Of a stretch of 64,000 bases of DNA, positions 63,392 to 64,000 are shown one piece after another. This DNA comes from Felis catus (taxonomy: Eukaryota). The stretch's first letter is position 1. Every line of letters starts with the position of its first letter. Under the pieces are notes generated by a model. The model searched no databases. It was not told the DNA's origin and worked only from the letters and a program-made list of their open reading frames with translations. The stretch lies in NCBI RefSeq assembly GCF_018350175.1, contig NC_058368.1, forward strand, positions 228,534,001 through 228,598,000, in the 5' to 3' direction. Made by a program: the position numbers and the translations under genes.

Positions 63392-64000
63392 TCTATTTTT
63401 AATTTTTTGAAGCACCTCTATACTATTTTACATTTTAGCTGCACCAATTTACATTCTCTCTATAAATGTAAGAGGGTTCCTTTTCCTCCACACCCTCACC
63501 AATACCTGCTATCTCATGCCTTCCTTTTACAATAGCCACTCTACGAAGTGTAAAGTAATATATCATTGTGGTTTTGAGTTTCTTTTCTCTGATTGTTAGT
63601 AATGTTGCACACCTTTTCATGTACCTCTTGGCCATTTGTATACTTTCTTTGGAAAGATGTCTATTCAGAACCATTGCCCATTTTTAACTTAGAATTTTTT
63701 TTTTTTTTACTATTGATTTGTATGAGTTATTTCTGTGTTTTGAATATTAACCCCTTTCAGATACATGATTTGCAAATATGTTCTCCCATTTTATAGTTGC
63801 CTTTCACTTTGTTAATTATTTCTTTTGCTATGCAGAAGCTTTTAGTTTTATCCAATCTCACATATTTTTGCTTTTGTTGTTGTTTATGCTTTTAGTGTCC
63901 ATATCCAAAAAAAAAAAAAAAAAAAAAAGGTTGCCAAAACCAATGTCAAGGAGATTTTACCCTATCATTTCTTCTAGGAATTTTAAGATTCATATGTTTA

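Larger units (their letters stand above)
62440..64000 (-). mobile_element. L1 (L1MA9/L1_Carn-like) 3' fragment running off the window, interrupted by an AT-rich expansion and a short SINE
   Basis: 'catgtaagtgatagcatgcagtatttggctttctctgtctgacttatt'; minus ORFs [23 protein letters not shown] and [19 protein letters not shown] match the ORF2 C-terminus. Confidence 0.92.

Noticed and set aside
1..64000. CRISPR arrays, operons, defence systems or other prokaryotic/viral systems
   Set aside because: Sequence is mammalian; recurring repeats are dispersed SINEs and microsatellites, with no repeat-spacer periodicity and no long coding ORFs

Overview
Mammalian genomic DNA, almost certainly felid: tRNA-Lys-derived Can-SINEs of the cat SINEC_Fc type and carnivore-type L1 3' ends. 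It is AT-rich and CpG-poor, with roughly half or more made of interspersed repeats: about 24 Can-SINE copies or fragments (most with readable target-site duplications, TSDs), L1 fragments of several ages, L2/MIR relics, MaLR/ERVL LTRs, hAT-Charlie MITEs and microsatellites. I recognise no protein-coding gene, RNA gene or prokaryotic-type system. The ORF track is almost entirely explained by SINE, L1, L2, LTR and simple-repeat read-through, so the window looks intronic or intergenic. The best-supported structural observations are a twin-primed (5'-inverted) L1 with a perfect 17-bp TSD, an antisense SINE nested inside another SINE, and a short template-switch-like double hairpin in an MLT1 LTR. 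The only gene-like lead is speculative: non-repeat, minus-strand exon candidates (about 38.2, 35.1 and 22.0 kb, perhaps 52.0 kb) that could form an unannotated lncRNA or micropeptide transcript. Repeat subfamily names are recalled from consensus sequences rather than searched, and boundaries of old repeats are approximate.
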